A stretch of 64,000 bases of DNA from Gammaproteobacteria bacterium (GTDB lineage Bacteria; Pseudomonadota; Gammaproteobacteria; SZUA-229). Positions 17,525-27,156 of the stretch are shown in pieces; the first letter of the stretch is position 1, and every line of letters starts with the position of its first letter. The DNA lies in assembly GCA_041589175.1 (NCBI GenBank), contig JBFHWF010000004.1, forward strand, positions 3,480 through 67,479, given 5' to 3'. Made by a program: the position numbers and the translations under genes. The notes beneath the pieces were generated by a model. That model saw only the letters and a list, made by a program, of their open reading frames with translations, did not search any database and was not told the DNA's origin.

Positions 17525-20068
17525 TTACAGCTCACCCTGCTTCAGGGTGGGCTTCGGAATCGACACGTAGTTACCCTGCACATGGTCAACCCCACATATT
17601 TTTAACAGGCGTATTACTTCCGGCGTTTCAACATATTCCGCAACGGTATACCTGCCCAGCGAATGCGCAACATCATTCATCGCCGTTACAATTGCCCTGT
17701 CGATCGAACCTCGCGCCATACCCTTGACGAACTGGCCATCGATTTTCACATAATCTGCTGGCAAACATTTTAACTGGGAAAATGAACAGAAACCTGAACC
17801 AAAATCATCGAGAGAGAAGCGCACACCAAGCTGTTTCATTTCATCAATAAACTGACTTGCAGCTTCGAAATTTGCGATGGCACAAGTTTCGGTAACCTCA
17901 AAAATAAGTGACTCAGATTTAACACCTGAATTCTGCAGCAGGTTCTTTATTCTCGACAACGAGTCGTCGCTATTTAAAGTCTGTCCCGAAAGATTAATAG
18001 AAAAGGTAATATTCTCCCTGAACTGCTGAAGTGCTAGCAGCGTACTTAATGCATTCTCGATAACCCAAAGATCGACCTCAAGCATGAGATTAAAACGCTC
18101 AGCGGTTGGGATAAAGGCATCAGGATAGAACATCTTAAGATCCTCTCCGTGCATCCGCAGTAAAATCTCATAATGTAATTCGTTATCCGGATTTTCTACA
18201 TAACGCTCCCACAGCGCCCCATCTTCGGCGGGTAACTGATTTACATCAATTTCCTTCAGATCAATTATTGGCTGATAGTGCAACTCGAATCGATTTTCAG
18301 ACATTGCATCACGCAGGCGCTGGAACCATCCAAGCTCACTACCCATTACATTCTTTTCATCATTCGTCTGCTCATAAAGATGCGACTGATTACGCCCACT
18401 CCGTTTTGCGATATGACAGGCAATATCCGCATTTGCAAGCACGTCTCCTGATGTCATACCTGGCTGGTCAATTAATGCCACACCAAAACTGGCATGCACA
18501 TTGTAAACCTCACCCGAATAGGAAAACTGAAACTTTTCCAGAACCTGGCGGAATGCTTCGGTTACAATCATTGCAGACTCACGGTCTACATCTTTTAGAA
18601 TAACCGCAAACTCATCCCCTCCAAGACGCGCGAGAATATCTTTGGTACGCAATTTGGTGGATAGCAGCCTTGCGATCTCTACCAGTAATTTATCGCCTGC
18701 ATCATGGCCGGCTGTATCGTTTATATATTTAAATCGATCGAGGTCAAGATATACCAGAGCACTCACACTCTCACTGGCATAAACTCGGCTAACCTCAGAG
18801 TCTAGCTGGTCTTCAAAATAGCGGCGATTACACAGGCCTGTTAGATGATCATGAGTAGCCTGCCAGTGTAATTTTTCTTCCAGCATTTTACGCTCAGATA
18901 TATCCCTGAATGCGATCACTGAACCACGCTGGCTACCATGAATATTCAGGGGGTACACAGTGCATTCAACTGGCACCGGCTTGCCAAGCTCATGTTTAAA
19001 AACCGTTTCCCAGCATCTAAGCTCAACACTCCTTCCATAGGCGCGATAAAGACGATCATGTTTCAATACATCATCTTCAATATAATAATGAAATGCCTCA
19101 GACGCATTCTTACCTATCACATCAAGATTATTTGTTTTTCCGATAATTTCCAGTGCAGCCGGGTTCACAAATGTCACTCTTCCATCATTATCAACACCGT
19201 ACACACCTTCACCAACAGATTCCAGAATACCTGCCAGCCTTTCATTCTCCGACTCAATATGCTTCTGAAACTCTATAAAACGTCCCATCGATGCAATTCT
19301 TGCCAGAAACAGTTCTTCAGCTTCATTTTTAAACATACATTCAACTGCACCAGCCTGCAGGCAGTCCTTGATTACCTCATCCAGATAGGTGCCTGTAATA
19401 ACGGCGGTACGAATTTTTGCTGTTCGCTTATCATCTCTCAATTTCTGACACAAAACATAACCATCTTCTTCAGGCATAAAATAATCAACGATAGCCAGAT
19501 CAAAGTTACCTTCGACAGCAATATCAAACGCCTGCTGAACAGATGTAGCTGTTTCGGTAATATAACCATTGCGATTTAACATGCGCTGGTAGTAATGACG
19601 AATACTTGCTGAGTCATCAACGAATAAAATTCTTAAAGGGTTTTTCGCCTGCTCAACCGGGTACTTCTCCTTAACAGATTCAACAGGCCCAAGTAATTTC
19701 TGTAAGGTACCTATGTATTCCTGATAATTTTCCCAGGGCACCAGTGCCGCAAAATGACGACGACTCATCCAGTTAAGCACATCAATATTGGCTTCGTGGG
19801 AGATAATAAGCACGGGCATCTGGTAATGCTCTTCACCCTCAAGCAGAGTAAGTAAACGTTCGGCAGATGCGGTCTGCTTATAGTTGGGCCAACCTATGAC
19901 GATAGCATCACAGGGTTGTTCCAGTGTTTTCAGGTGATCAAATGCGGACTCGAAGGTGTCCAGTGCATCAAGGCTATAGCCTTCCTTGCCCAGCCCCTTC
20001 AGCAGGATATAACGTAAGGTTGCGGATTCCTCTACTAGAAGGATTCGCTGCTTCTGACTTTCTGACAT
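17525..20068 (-). CDS. response regulator with two REC domains, PAS, GGDEF and EAL domains
   Basis: REC1 (ILLVEESATLRYIL...DAIVIGWP); REC2 (ILFVDDSASIR...DLAIVDYFMPEEDG); PAS (GVYGVDNDGRVTFVNPAALE). GGDEF is intact (RLGGDEFAV with an RTKD I-site 5 residues upstream). The EAL domain has EILLR, DDFGSGFCSF, KIDGQF, AEYVET, QGNY. Confidence 0.9.
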   Translation of the reverse strand: MSESQKQRILLVEESATLRYILLKGLGKEGYSLDALDTFESAFDHLKTLEQPCDAIVIGWPNYKQTASAERLLTLLEGEEHYQMPVLIISHEANIDVLNWMSRRHFAALVPWENYQEYIGTLQKLLGPVESVKEKYPVEQAKNPLRILFVDDSASIRHYYQRMLNRNGYITETATSVQQAFDIAVEGNFDLAIVDYFMPEEDGYVLCQKLRDDKRTAKIRTAVITGTYLDEVIKDCLQAGAVECMFKNEAEELFLARIASMGRFIEFQKHIESENERLAGILESVGEGVYGVDNDGRVTFVNPAALEIIGKTNNLDVIGKNASEAFHYYIEDDVLKHDRLYRAYGRSVELRCWETVFKHELGKPVPVECTVYPLNIHGSQRGSVIAFRDISERKMLEEKLHWQATHDHLTGLCNRRYFEDQLDSEVSRVYASESVSALVYLDLDRFKYINDTAGHDAGDKLLVEIARLLSTKLRTKDILARLGGDEFAVILKDVDRESAMIVTEAFRQVLEKFQFSYSGEVYNVHASFGVALIDQPGMTSGDVLANADIACHIAKRSGRNQSHLYEQTNDEKNVMGSELGWFQRLRDAMSENRFELHYQPIIDLKEIDVNQLPAEDGALWERYVENPDNELHYEILLRMHGEDLKMFYPDAFIPTAERFNLMLEVDLWVIENALSTLLALQQFRENITFSINLSGQTLNSDDSLSRIKNLLQNSGVKSESLIFEVTETCAIANFEAASQFIDEMKQLGVRFSLDDFGSGFCSFSQLKCLPADYVKIDGQFVKGMARGSIDRAIVTAMNDVAHSLGRYTVAEYVETPEVIRLLKICGVDHVQGNYVSIPKPTLKQGEL

Positions 20069-20164
20069 ACAACATAACCTTGTCTGTTACGCTTTCCCAA
20101 TTCCCTGTCAGGCACAGCAACAGTTTCTATTTTTTTCCAAGCCCAGGCACAACTATAGTCCGAG

Positions 20165-21121
20165 TCAGGCCGTTTCTCCAGCCAGCTCAAGTTTCCGCAT
20201 TCTGTACCTCAACCACTGACTGGCAATGGCTGCGGTGAGTATGCACCAGACTGCAAACAGTGCACCGGGCAATGCAGACTCCGCTGGAAAGTGCTTAAGC
20301 GCGAGTGCGACTCCCATACCAGCATTCTGCATTCCAAGTTCAATCATAAGCGTAATTCGGTATAAGCGTTCAAATCCATATACACCTGATAATAGCCAGC
20401 CAGCAATATACCCTGCGATATTGACTGTTATCACACCAATCATAACACTCGCAACCATATCCTCAATGCGAGACTGATTCGCAGCTACTGCGTAACTGCA
20501 GATGACAATAATTGCCAGTGCCGCAACACCAGGTGCAAAACTCCGTGCTGTCTGCAAGTATCTGCCCAGCCAGCGTTGCACGATCAACCCCAGAATCAGT
20601 GGCGCTAACACGGTTTTAATAATCGTTACCATTAACGGCCAGAATTCAACCGGAAGAATTGCCCCACCCAGCCATTTCACCAGCAGTGGCGTCAACAGCG
20701 GAGACATCAGGGTTGCAACCGTTGTTAGTGTTACCGAGAAGGCGACCGCACCCCCCGCCAGAAAGACAATCACGTTACTCGCCATAGCACCTGGTGCACA
20801 TCCAACAATGATAAAGCCAATTGCAATTTCCGGTGTGAAACCTGGATATTTCGCGATTAGATAGGCCATTAGTGGCATTACGCTGAACTGACTCAATACC
20901 CCAAGCGCAACACGTTTTGGCTGTATCAGTTCTTCTTTAAGATCCTCCGCATGCAGCACCAGGCCCAGCGCAAACATGGTGGCCATAAAGAACCAGAGAA
21001 AGTAGTCTCTAAATATGAGAAAGACAGGTGGATGAATAAACGCAACGATAGCTCCCAGCAGAGTGAGTAACGCAAGCTGGTTCGCAATAACTGAAAAAGA
21101 TTTCTGTAATATCGACAGCAA
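20165..21121 (-). CDS. bile acid:sodium symporter (BASS) family transporter, second paralog
   Basis: 318 aa and polytopic, with GFIIVGCAPGAMASNV and ELGMQNAGMGVALA motifs paralleling the 14428-15354 protein. Confidence 0.8.
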   Translation of the reverse strand: MLSILQKSFSVIANQLALLTLLGAIVAFIHPPVFLIFRDYFLWFFMATMFALGLVLHAEDLKEELIQPKRVALGVLSQFSVMPLMAYLIAKYPGFTPEIAIGFIIVGCAPGAMASNVIVFLAGGAVAFSVTLTTVATLMSPLLTPLLVKWLGGAILPVEFWPLMVTIIKTVLAPLILGLIVQRWLGRYLQTARSFAPGVAALAIIVICSYAVAANQSRIEDMVASVMIGVITVNIAGYIAGWLLSGVYGFERLYRITLMIELGMQNAGMGVALALKHFPAESALPGALFAVWCILTAAIASQWLRYRMRKLELAGETA

Positions 21122-21123
21122 AC

Positions 21124-21603
21124 TTACATCCCGGACAGGCCTTTACGAATGGCCTCGATCACCTCAGTTTCTGCCTCAACCAATACAGGCTTTGCTGGAC
21201 TGCCTTCAGCCATCACACTGGGTCGCGCAAACAGCACATATGTCTTACCCTGTTTCTCATACAGACCAATCCGCAGTGGGCACAGCCCCAGCATATCTGG
21301 ATCCTTATTGCTTACTTCGTTGGCATACCAGGCATTGCAGAACACCATGCTACGAATACTATCCAGTTGATTACGATTATAATTATCGCCCCAGCGCCCA
21401 GAGAAACGCTGCAGGTTCTTACTGATATAAGGCTCAAACACGACATAAAAACGCGCGTTTTCCAGTGCCTGAAACACCGCAGGGTATACTTTCTCCATTG
21501 ACGCATCCGCACTCATGCGCACAACCGGTGGCTGTTCAGCCTGCAACGGCATACTCACAAGCACCAGCAACAACAACAGGACATGACGTATTGGCTCAGG
21601 CAT
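21124..21603 (-). CDS. DUF302 domain protein with signal peptide
   Basis: Signal peptide (HVLLLLLVLVSMPLQA). The core FCNAWYANEVSNKDPDMLGLCPLRIGLYEKQGKTYV resembles the DUF302 pattern (CNP..a......p..g..LPCr..vye..g). I chose the ATG at 21603 (AGGGG SD) over the GTG at 21633. Its stop lies 2 nt before the BASS start. Confidence 0.65.
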   Translation of the reverse strand: MPEPIRHVLLLLLVLVSMPLQAEQPPVVRMSADASMEKVYPAVFQALENARFYVVFEPYISKNLQRFSGRWGDNYNRNQLDSIRSMVFCNAWYANEVSNKDPDMLGLCPLRIGLYEKQGKTYVLFARPSVMAEGSPAKPVLVEAETEVIEAIRKGLSGM

Positions 21604-21645
21604 CGAATTACCCCTGTATAGATTCTCTTTCACTGGGTAGAATAA

Positions 21646-22710
<1,065 letters not shown>

Positions 22711-22713
22711 ATC

Positions 22714-23550
22714 GTGAAAACAGATTCGATCGATCGTTATGCGGTTATTGGTAACCCGATCGCCCATAGCAAATCCCCGCAGATTCATGCCGCCTTCGCC
22801 GAACAGACCGGGGAAAGCTTAAGCTATACCGCAGAACGGGTTGAGATAGGTGCAGTTGCTGATTTTGTTACTCAGTTTGCCGCGCACAATGGCAAGGGAC
22901 TAAATGTCACCGTACCCTTCAAACAGGATGCCTTCGAGCTGGCCGACCAGCTAAGCCCAAGGGCACAACGCGCCGGCGCGGTAAATACCCTGGTACTGGA
23001 AGACGGGCATATCTATGGCGACACCACCGATGGTGTAGGGCTCCTGAATGATCTGACGGTCAATCACAATCAGCTCATCCAGCAGCGACGCATACTGGTT
23101 GTCGGTGCTGGCGGCGCTGTCAGGGGCGTACTCGAACCCCTGCTCGATGCCCAGCCATGCGAACTGCTTATCGTGAATCGCACTCAGTCCCGTGCCGAGG
23201 CACTGGCCCAGGATTTTTCCAGCTTTGGGAACATTAATGCCTGTAATTTCGAAGCACTCGCAGGGGAACAGTTCGATATGGTCATTAACGGCACCTCGGC
23301 CAGCCTGTCTGGTGAGCTTCCCCCATTACCCGATAATCTCTTCAGGGCTGATGCCTGCGCCTACGATATGATGTATGGCGCAGAACCAACCGCCTTCATG
23401 GCTTGGGCGGATTCCCAGGGAGCCCAATATATCCATGATGGACTGGGTATGCTGGTAGAGCAGGCGGCTGAATCCTTTTATATCTGGCGAAAAAAACGCC
23501 CCGAGACCCGGGGCGTTATCGAGATGCTCCGCTCAGCCATGACAGGCTGA
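22714..23550 (+). CDS. aroE: shikimate dehydrogenase
   Basis: YAVIGNPIAHSKSPQIHAAFA, NVTVPFKQ, NTL..EDG...GDTTDG and VVGAGGAVRG motifs. GTG start 3 nt after the hemB stop. Confidence 0.9.
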   Translation: MKTDSIDRYAVIGNPIAHSKSPQIHAAFAEQTGESLSYTAERVEIGAVADFVTQFAAHNGKGLNVTVPFKQDAFELADQLSPRAQRAGAVNTLVLEDGHIYGDTTDGVGLLNDLTVNHNQLIQQRRILVVGAGGAVRGVLEPLLDAQPCELLIVNRTQSRAEALAQDFSSFGNINACNFEALAGEQFDMVINGTSASLSGELPPLPDNLFRADACAYDMMYGAEPTAFMAWADSQGAQYIHDGLGMLVEQAAESFYIWRKKRPETRGVIEMLRSAMTG

Positions 23551-23563
23551 GTGCACAGAGTGC

Positions 23564-23968
23564 TTACACCTGGTGTTCTGGTGGAATCACCACCTGCATT
23601 TCGGCAGATTTCCATGCCGCCATGCCGCCATTGATATTCACAATGTTCTTAAAGCCCATCTGCTGTAGCGTACTTGCTGCCATCGCCGAACGACCCGACG
23701 TTGCACAGAAGGTCAGCCATTTCTTGTCACGATCCTGCATATGGGTGTTTCGCCCTGCATACTGTTTATCACAGGCCGCTTCTACCAAACCGCGAGGCAG
23801 ATTAAATGCACCGTCGATCGTGCCCGCATGGTATTCCGCAGGTTCGCGCACATCCAGCACCTGATAACCTTGATCCAGCAGGGCAACAACTTCACTCACA
23901 TCCACTTCCTTGATCTGGGACTTGGCTTCCTTAACAAAGTCCATCAGGGTTTTTTCACTCATAAACAC
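23564..23968 (-). CDS. single-domain rhodanese sulfurtransferase
   Basis: 134 aa with VLDVREPAEYHAGTIDGAFNLP and the active-site loop FCATSGRSAMAA. Confidence 0.8.
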   Translation of the reverse strand: MFMSEKTLMDFVKEAKSQIKEVDVSEVVALLDQGYQVLDVREPAEYHAGTIDGAFNLPRGLVEAACDKQYAGRNTHMQDRDKKWLTFCATSGRSAMAASTLQQMGFKNIVNINGGMAAWKSAEMQVVIPPEHQV

Positions 23969-23973
23969 TTCTC

Positions 23974-24396
23974 TCAGCTTTGATTAGGCGATGCACCAGC
24001 CGATAACTCGGGCATCGCATGAACATATTCGAACTGTTGTTGCTCCAGGATATTTCCACCTTCATCCAGCACGGAAACTGTCCAGATACCCGTCCACCTC
24101 GACATCATATTTTTACTGGACCAGGTACGCCAGCGATCGGCATCCACCTGAAACGAAACTTCAGCCATGAGCTGGCCGTTATACTCCCAACGATGGGTAA
24201 TAGCATGCCCGGCCAGGCCAATCAGTTCGGTGAAGTAGTATACCCGACTGGTATCGTTTTCGATCTGTTGCTGATCGGAAACCGGCTCTTTATTTTCTAT
24301 TGCCGTAGTAAAAACGCTGCGTCCGACACCGATCTCTGCCTGTACCATCTGGCTCGCCAGTGTCATCGTCAACATGACAACTAAGTGTGCTTTCAT
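23974..24396 (-). CDS. periplasmic protein resembling DUF2914
   Basis: Signal peptide (LVVMLTMTLASQMVQA). The motifs RVYYFTEL...H.W..NG, RWRTWSSK and GIWTVSVLDEGGNIL match my memory of the DUF2914 domain. ATG at 24396 is preceded by GGGAGAGAGGAAG. Confidence 0.45.
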   Translation of the reverse strand: MKAHLVVMLTMTLASQMVQAEIGVGRSVFTTAIENKEPVSDQQQIENDTSRVYYFTELIGLAGHAITHRWEYNGQLMAEVSFQVDADRWRTWSSKNMMSRWTGIWTVSVLDEGGNILEQQQFEYVHAMPELSAGASPNQS

Positions 24397-24459
24397 CTTC
24401 CTCTCTCCCTTACCCATTAGCCCGGCTTAGGCCGGGTTCTTTTATATTTTTGCGACGCT

Positions 24460-24996
24460 TTATGCTTCCGCAAGATACTCGTCTTTGAGCTTCACATAAT
24501 GCTGTGCCGAGTACTGCAGAAAATCTTTTTCCTTCTGGCTTAATTCCCTCACCTGCCGTGCAGGAGAGCCCAGATACAGGTATCCACCTTCAAGCACCTT
24601 ACCCGGTGATACCACGCTACCCGCACCGACCATGGCACCTTTCTGTATAACCGCACCGTCGAGAACCACACTGCCCATGCCGATTAACACTTCATCTTCA
24701 ATCGTGCAGGCATGAATCACGGCACCATGTCCGATGGTGACATCGGCACCGATGCTCAGAGGGAAGCCCTCAGGACTCAATGGACCGCTATGAGTGACAT
24801 GAAGCACGGAACCATCCTGCACATTGGTACGTGCTCCGATGCGAATAAAATTCACATCACCTCGGATCGCCACCATAGGCCAGACGGAAACATCATCACC
24901 CAGCACCACGTCACCAATGACGGTCGCCATTGGATCTATATAACAACGCTGCCCCAGTGTAGGCGTGATGTTTTTGAATGAACGAATTGAAGGCAT
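24460..24996 (-). CDS. gamma-class carbonic anhydrase family / hexapeptide-repeat protein (YrdA/PaaY-like)
   Basis: 178 aa of left-handed beta-helix repeats with the characteristic VWPMVAIRGDVNFIRIGARTNVQDGSVLH...IGHGAVIH His ligand pattern. Confidence 0.85.
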   Translation of the reverse strand: MPSIRSFKNITPTLGQRCYIDPMATVIGDVVLGDDVSVWPMVAIRGDVNFIRIGARTNVQDGSVLHVTHSGPLSPEGFPLSIGADVTIGHGAVIHACTIEDEVLIGMGSVVLDGAVIQKGAMVGAGSVVSPGKVLEGGYLYLGSPARQVRELSQKEKDFLQYSAQHYVKLKDEYLAEA

Positions 24997-25049
24997 CGAG
25001 TCTGATTTCCTGTTAACCTGAAAAACGGTGTCTATTTATTAGATTCAGG

Positions 25050-25430
25050 CTACACCGATTTTAAGGCACTATCAATCACCCGCATGAGTGCCTCGGGCGT
25101 ATCCAGTGAGGCAATCTGCTCGGCATCGATAAGACACTCGAACTCACCTTCTCGCTCAATAAAAACCGCCGGAAAACGATCTGTACTACGCCCGGTTTGC
25201 TGTATAAATTCATCGCGATGCAGGAAGCGCATATCGATAGACTGATGTGATAGATAATCCAGCCATGACTGGCGCACTTTGAACAGCCCATGGGTTAATT
25301 TACATAGCTGGCACTGATAGGTGTCCGGCGACAACGCCTTATGGGCAATATCTGCGAGAAGGTTAAATACACCACTATCGGCGTTGTAAACAAAGACCAG
25401 CCGCTGTGTATTGGCAACCGACCCATTCAT
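25050..25430 (-). CDS. hypothetical CxxC protein (thioredoxin-fold-like?), co-transcribed with ArsR-rhodanese
   Basis: 126 aa with LVFVYNADSGVFNLLADIAHKALSPDTYQCQLCKLTHG. Its ATG overlaps the upstream stop as ATGA (25427-25430). The family is not identified. Confidence 0.5.
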   Translation of the reverse strand: MNGSVANTQRLVFVYNADSGVFNLLADIAHKALSPDTYQCQLCKLTHGLFKVRQSWLDYLSHQSIDMRFLHRDEFIQQTGRSTDRFPAVFIEREGEFECLIDAEQIASLDTPEALMRVIDSALKSV

Positions 25431-26083
25431 GTTTCATCATCCACCGGATACCCCGCACTCTTCCATTCGGGGAAACCGTCTTCGAGGCGACTGGCTTCAA
25501 CACCACGCTCGCGCAGTAGCTGTACCGCATCATAGGAAAAAACACAGTGTGGTCCACGACAATACGCTACCACCTGCTGATCGGGATCGAGGGCATCGAG
25601 ACGCTGCTCCAGCTCATCTGGCGGTATATTGATAGCACCCGGCAAGTGGCCTGCCTCAAATTCTTCTTCCGGTCGCACATCAATCACGGTGACCAGACCC
25701 TCTCGCACCCGTTGCAACAGCTCTTCCCGCTGTACTGGCTCCATGGTGTCCTTGGCAGTCAGGTTAAGATTAACCAGATGATTGACCTCTGCCAGCTGCT
25801 GCTCCGAGACCTTCCTCAGCACCCGCATCAGCTCGACGACTTCGTCGCTGGCGATCTGATAATACACCTTAAGGCCCCGCTTATGACTCTGAACCAGCCC
25901 GGCCTGCCGCAGTTGTTGCAGGTGCTGAGACGTGTTGGCAACACTCAGGCCGGAAATTTTCGCAAGGTCATCCACACTTCGCTCGGCCTGCGCCAGATAT
26001 TCCAGCATCTGCAAACGATTACCATGACTAAGCGCCTTACCGACACGGGCAAACTGGCTGAACAGGTCCTGTTTAAAACTCAT
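25427..26083 (-). CDS. ArsR/SmtB-family transcriptional regulator fused to a rhodanese domain
   Basis: N-terminal winged HTH (LSHGNRLQMLEYL...SVDDLAKISGLSVANTSQHLQQLRQAGLV). C-terminal rhodanese (VIDVRPEEEFEAGHLPGAINIP ... VVAYCRGPHCVFS). Confidence 0.85.
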   Translation of the reverse strand: MSFKQDLFSQFARVGKALSHGNRLQMLEYLAQAERSVDDLAKISGLSVANTSQHLQQLRQAGLVQSHKRGLKVYYQIASDEVVELMRVLRKVSEQQLAEVNHLVNLNLTAKDTMEPVQREELLQRVREGLVTVIDVRPEEEFEAGHLPGAINIPPDELEQRLDALDPDQQVVAYCRGPHCVFSYDAVQLLRERGVEASRLEDGFPEWKSAGYPVDDET

Positions 26084-26121
26084 CTTTATATCGATCCCCT
26101 CTGGTACCTCAATTTTAAGCC

Positions 26122-26150
26122 TTGACTCGGGCTTTGCCTATGACTATTCT
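26122..26150 (+). promoter_or_regulatory. putative sigma70 promoter of the six-gene organoarsenical operon
   Basis: TTGACT (26122-26127), a 17-nt spacer, then TATTCT (26145-26150). It lies immediately upstream of the palindrome at 26152-26175. Confidence 0.4.
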
Positions 26151-26151
26151 A

Positions 26152-26175
26152 CTATTCAATTATTCAATTGAATAG
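26152..26175. promoter_or_regulatory. inverted repeat, candidate ArsR-family operator
   Basis: CTATTCAATT-ATTC-AATTGAATAG has perfect 10-bp arms and a 4-bp spacer. It lies between the divergent arsR-like gene and the operon. A TATAAT on the minus strand (26179-26184) flanks the other side. Confidence 0.5.
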
Positions 26176-26274
26176 TGTATTATATTTGAATGCGTCGGTT
26201 GAATTTTCAGGGTTGATACTGTCTCACCAGAAACATTCATCCGAGCAACAATTGAATTCAAGCGGAACCACTCT

Positions 26275-27156
26275 ATGCTGGAACAGTTTATTATCGAAAA
26301 CGAGAGCAACCTCAGAATGGGGGTATTCCTCGGCATGCTGGTGCTTATGGGCCTGTGGGAGGTGCTGGCACCTCGCCGTGAACGCCGCTTATCTCGTCTG
26401 CTGCGCTGGAGCAATAATCTGGGTCTGGTAGTCCTCAACAGCACCCTGCTTCGCCTCCTGTTTCCTGCAGCCGCCGTCGGGATGGCGATGTTTGCCCAGC
26501 AGCACGGCTGGGGGCTATTCAACTGGCTGAACTGGCCTCACCTGCTGGAAGTCGTACTGGCGATTGTTATCCTTGACCTGGTGATTTACCTGCAACATGT
26601 ACTGGTACATGCGGTACCGCTACTCTGGCGACTTCACCGAGTTCACCACGCCGACCCGGACTACGATGTCACCACTGGCATACGCTTTCACCCGATTGAG
26701 ATCATTGTATCCATGCTCATCAAGTTCGCAGCCATTGCAGCGCTTGGCCCTGCCGTGCTGGCGGTGATTATTTTCGAAGTACTGCTAAATGGTATGGCCA
26801 TGTTCAACCATGGCAATGTGCGCTTACCTCGGCGCCTTGACCAGGTGCTGCGCCTGTTTGTGGTAACACCAGACATGCACCGTGTACATCACTCAATTGA
26901 AGACGATGAAACCAATAGCAATTTTGGTTTTAACCTGAGCCTGTGGGACCGACTGTTCGGTACCTATCGTGCCCAGCCCCGTAAGGGCCATGTCGATATG
27001 CAGATTGGCATCCGTCAGTTTGACCAGCCTCGACAGGTGAGCTGGCTATCCGGCCTGTTGATACTCCCCTTCCTTGGACGCAGCGACGGGTACGCCATCA
27101 ATCGCAGAAACTGGGCTGGTAAAGATGCGGAAACAGGAGAGACACACCATGAATAA
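26275..27156 (+). CDS. fatty acid hydroxylase / sterol desaturase family membrane protein
   Basis: Polytopic, with the three His boxes of the di-iron FA hydroxylase superfamily: HVLVH, HRVHHAD, HRVHHS. Confidence 0.8.
   Translation: MLEQFIIENESNLRMGVFLGMLVLMGLWEVLAPRRERRLSRLLRWSNNLGLVVLNSTLLRLLFPAAAVGMAMFAQQHGWGLFNWLNWPHLLEVVLAIVILDLVIYLQHVLVHAVPLLWRLHRVHHADPDYDVTTGIRFHPIEIIVSMLIKFAAIAALGPAVLAVIIFEVLLNGMAMFNHGNVRLPRRLDQVLRLFVVTPDMHRVHHSIEDDETNSNFGFNLSLWDRLFGTYRAQPRKGHVDMQIGIRQFDQPRQVSWLSGLLILPFLGRSDGYAINRRNWAGKDAETGETHHE

Noticed and set aside
17525-19200. EAL motif reading EIL, considered as a degenerate or inactive phosphodiesterase
   Set aside because: The catalytic Glu is retained and the other EAL-domain motifs (DDFGSG, KIDGQF, EYVET, QGNY) are present, so inactivity cannot be inferred from sequence.
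18938-19579. 213-aa ORF on the plus strand
   Set aside because: It is antisense to the REC/PAS part of the GGDEF-EAL protein, with an AT-rich junk-like translation.
25547-26125. 192-aa ORF on the plus strand
   Set aside because: It is antisense to the ArsR-rhodanese gene, which has a clear HTH and rhodanese motifs. It would also run across the operator and promoter region.
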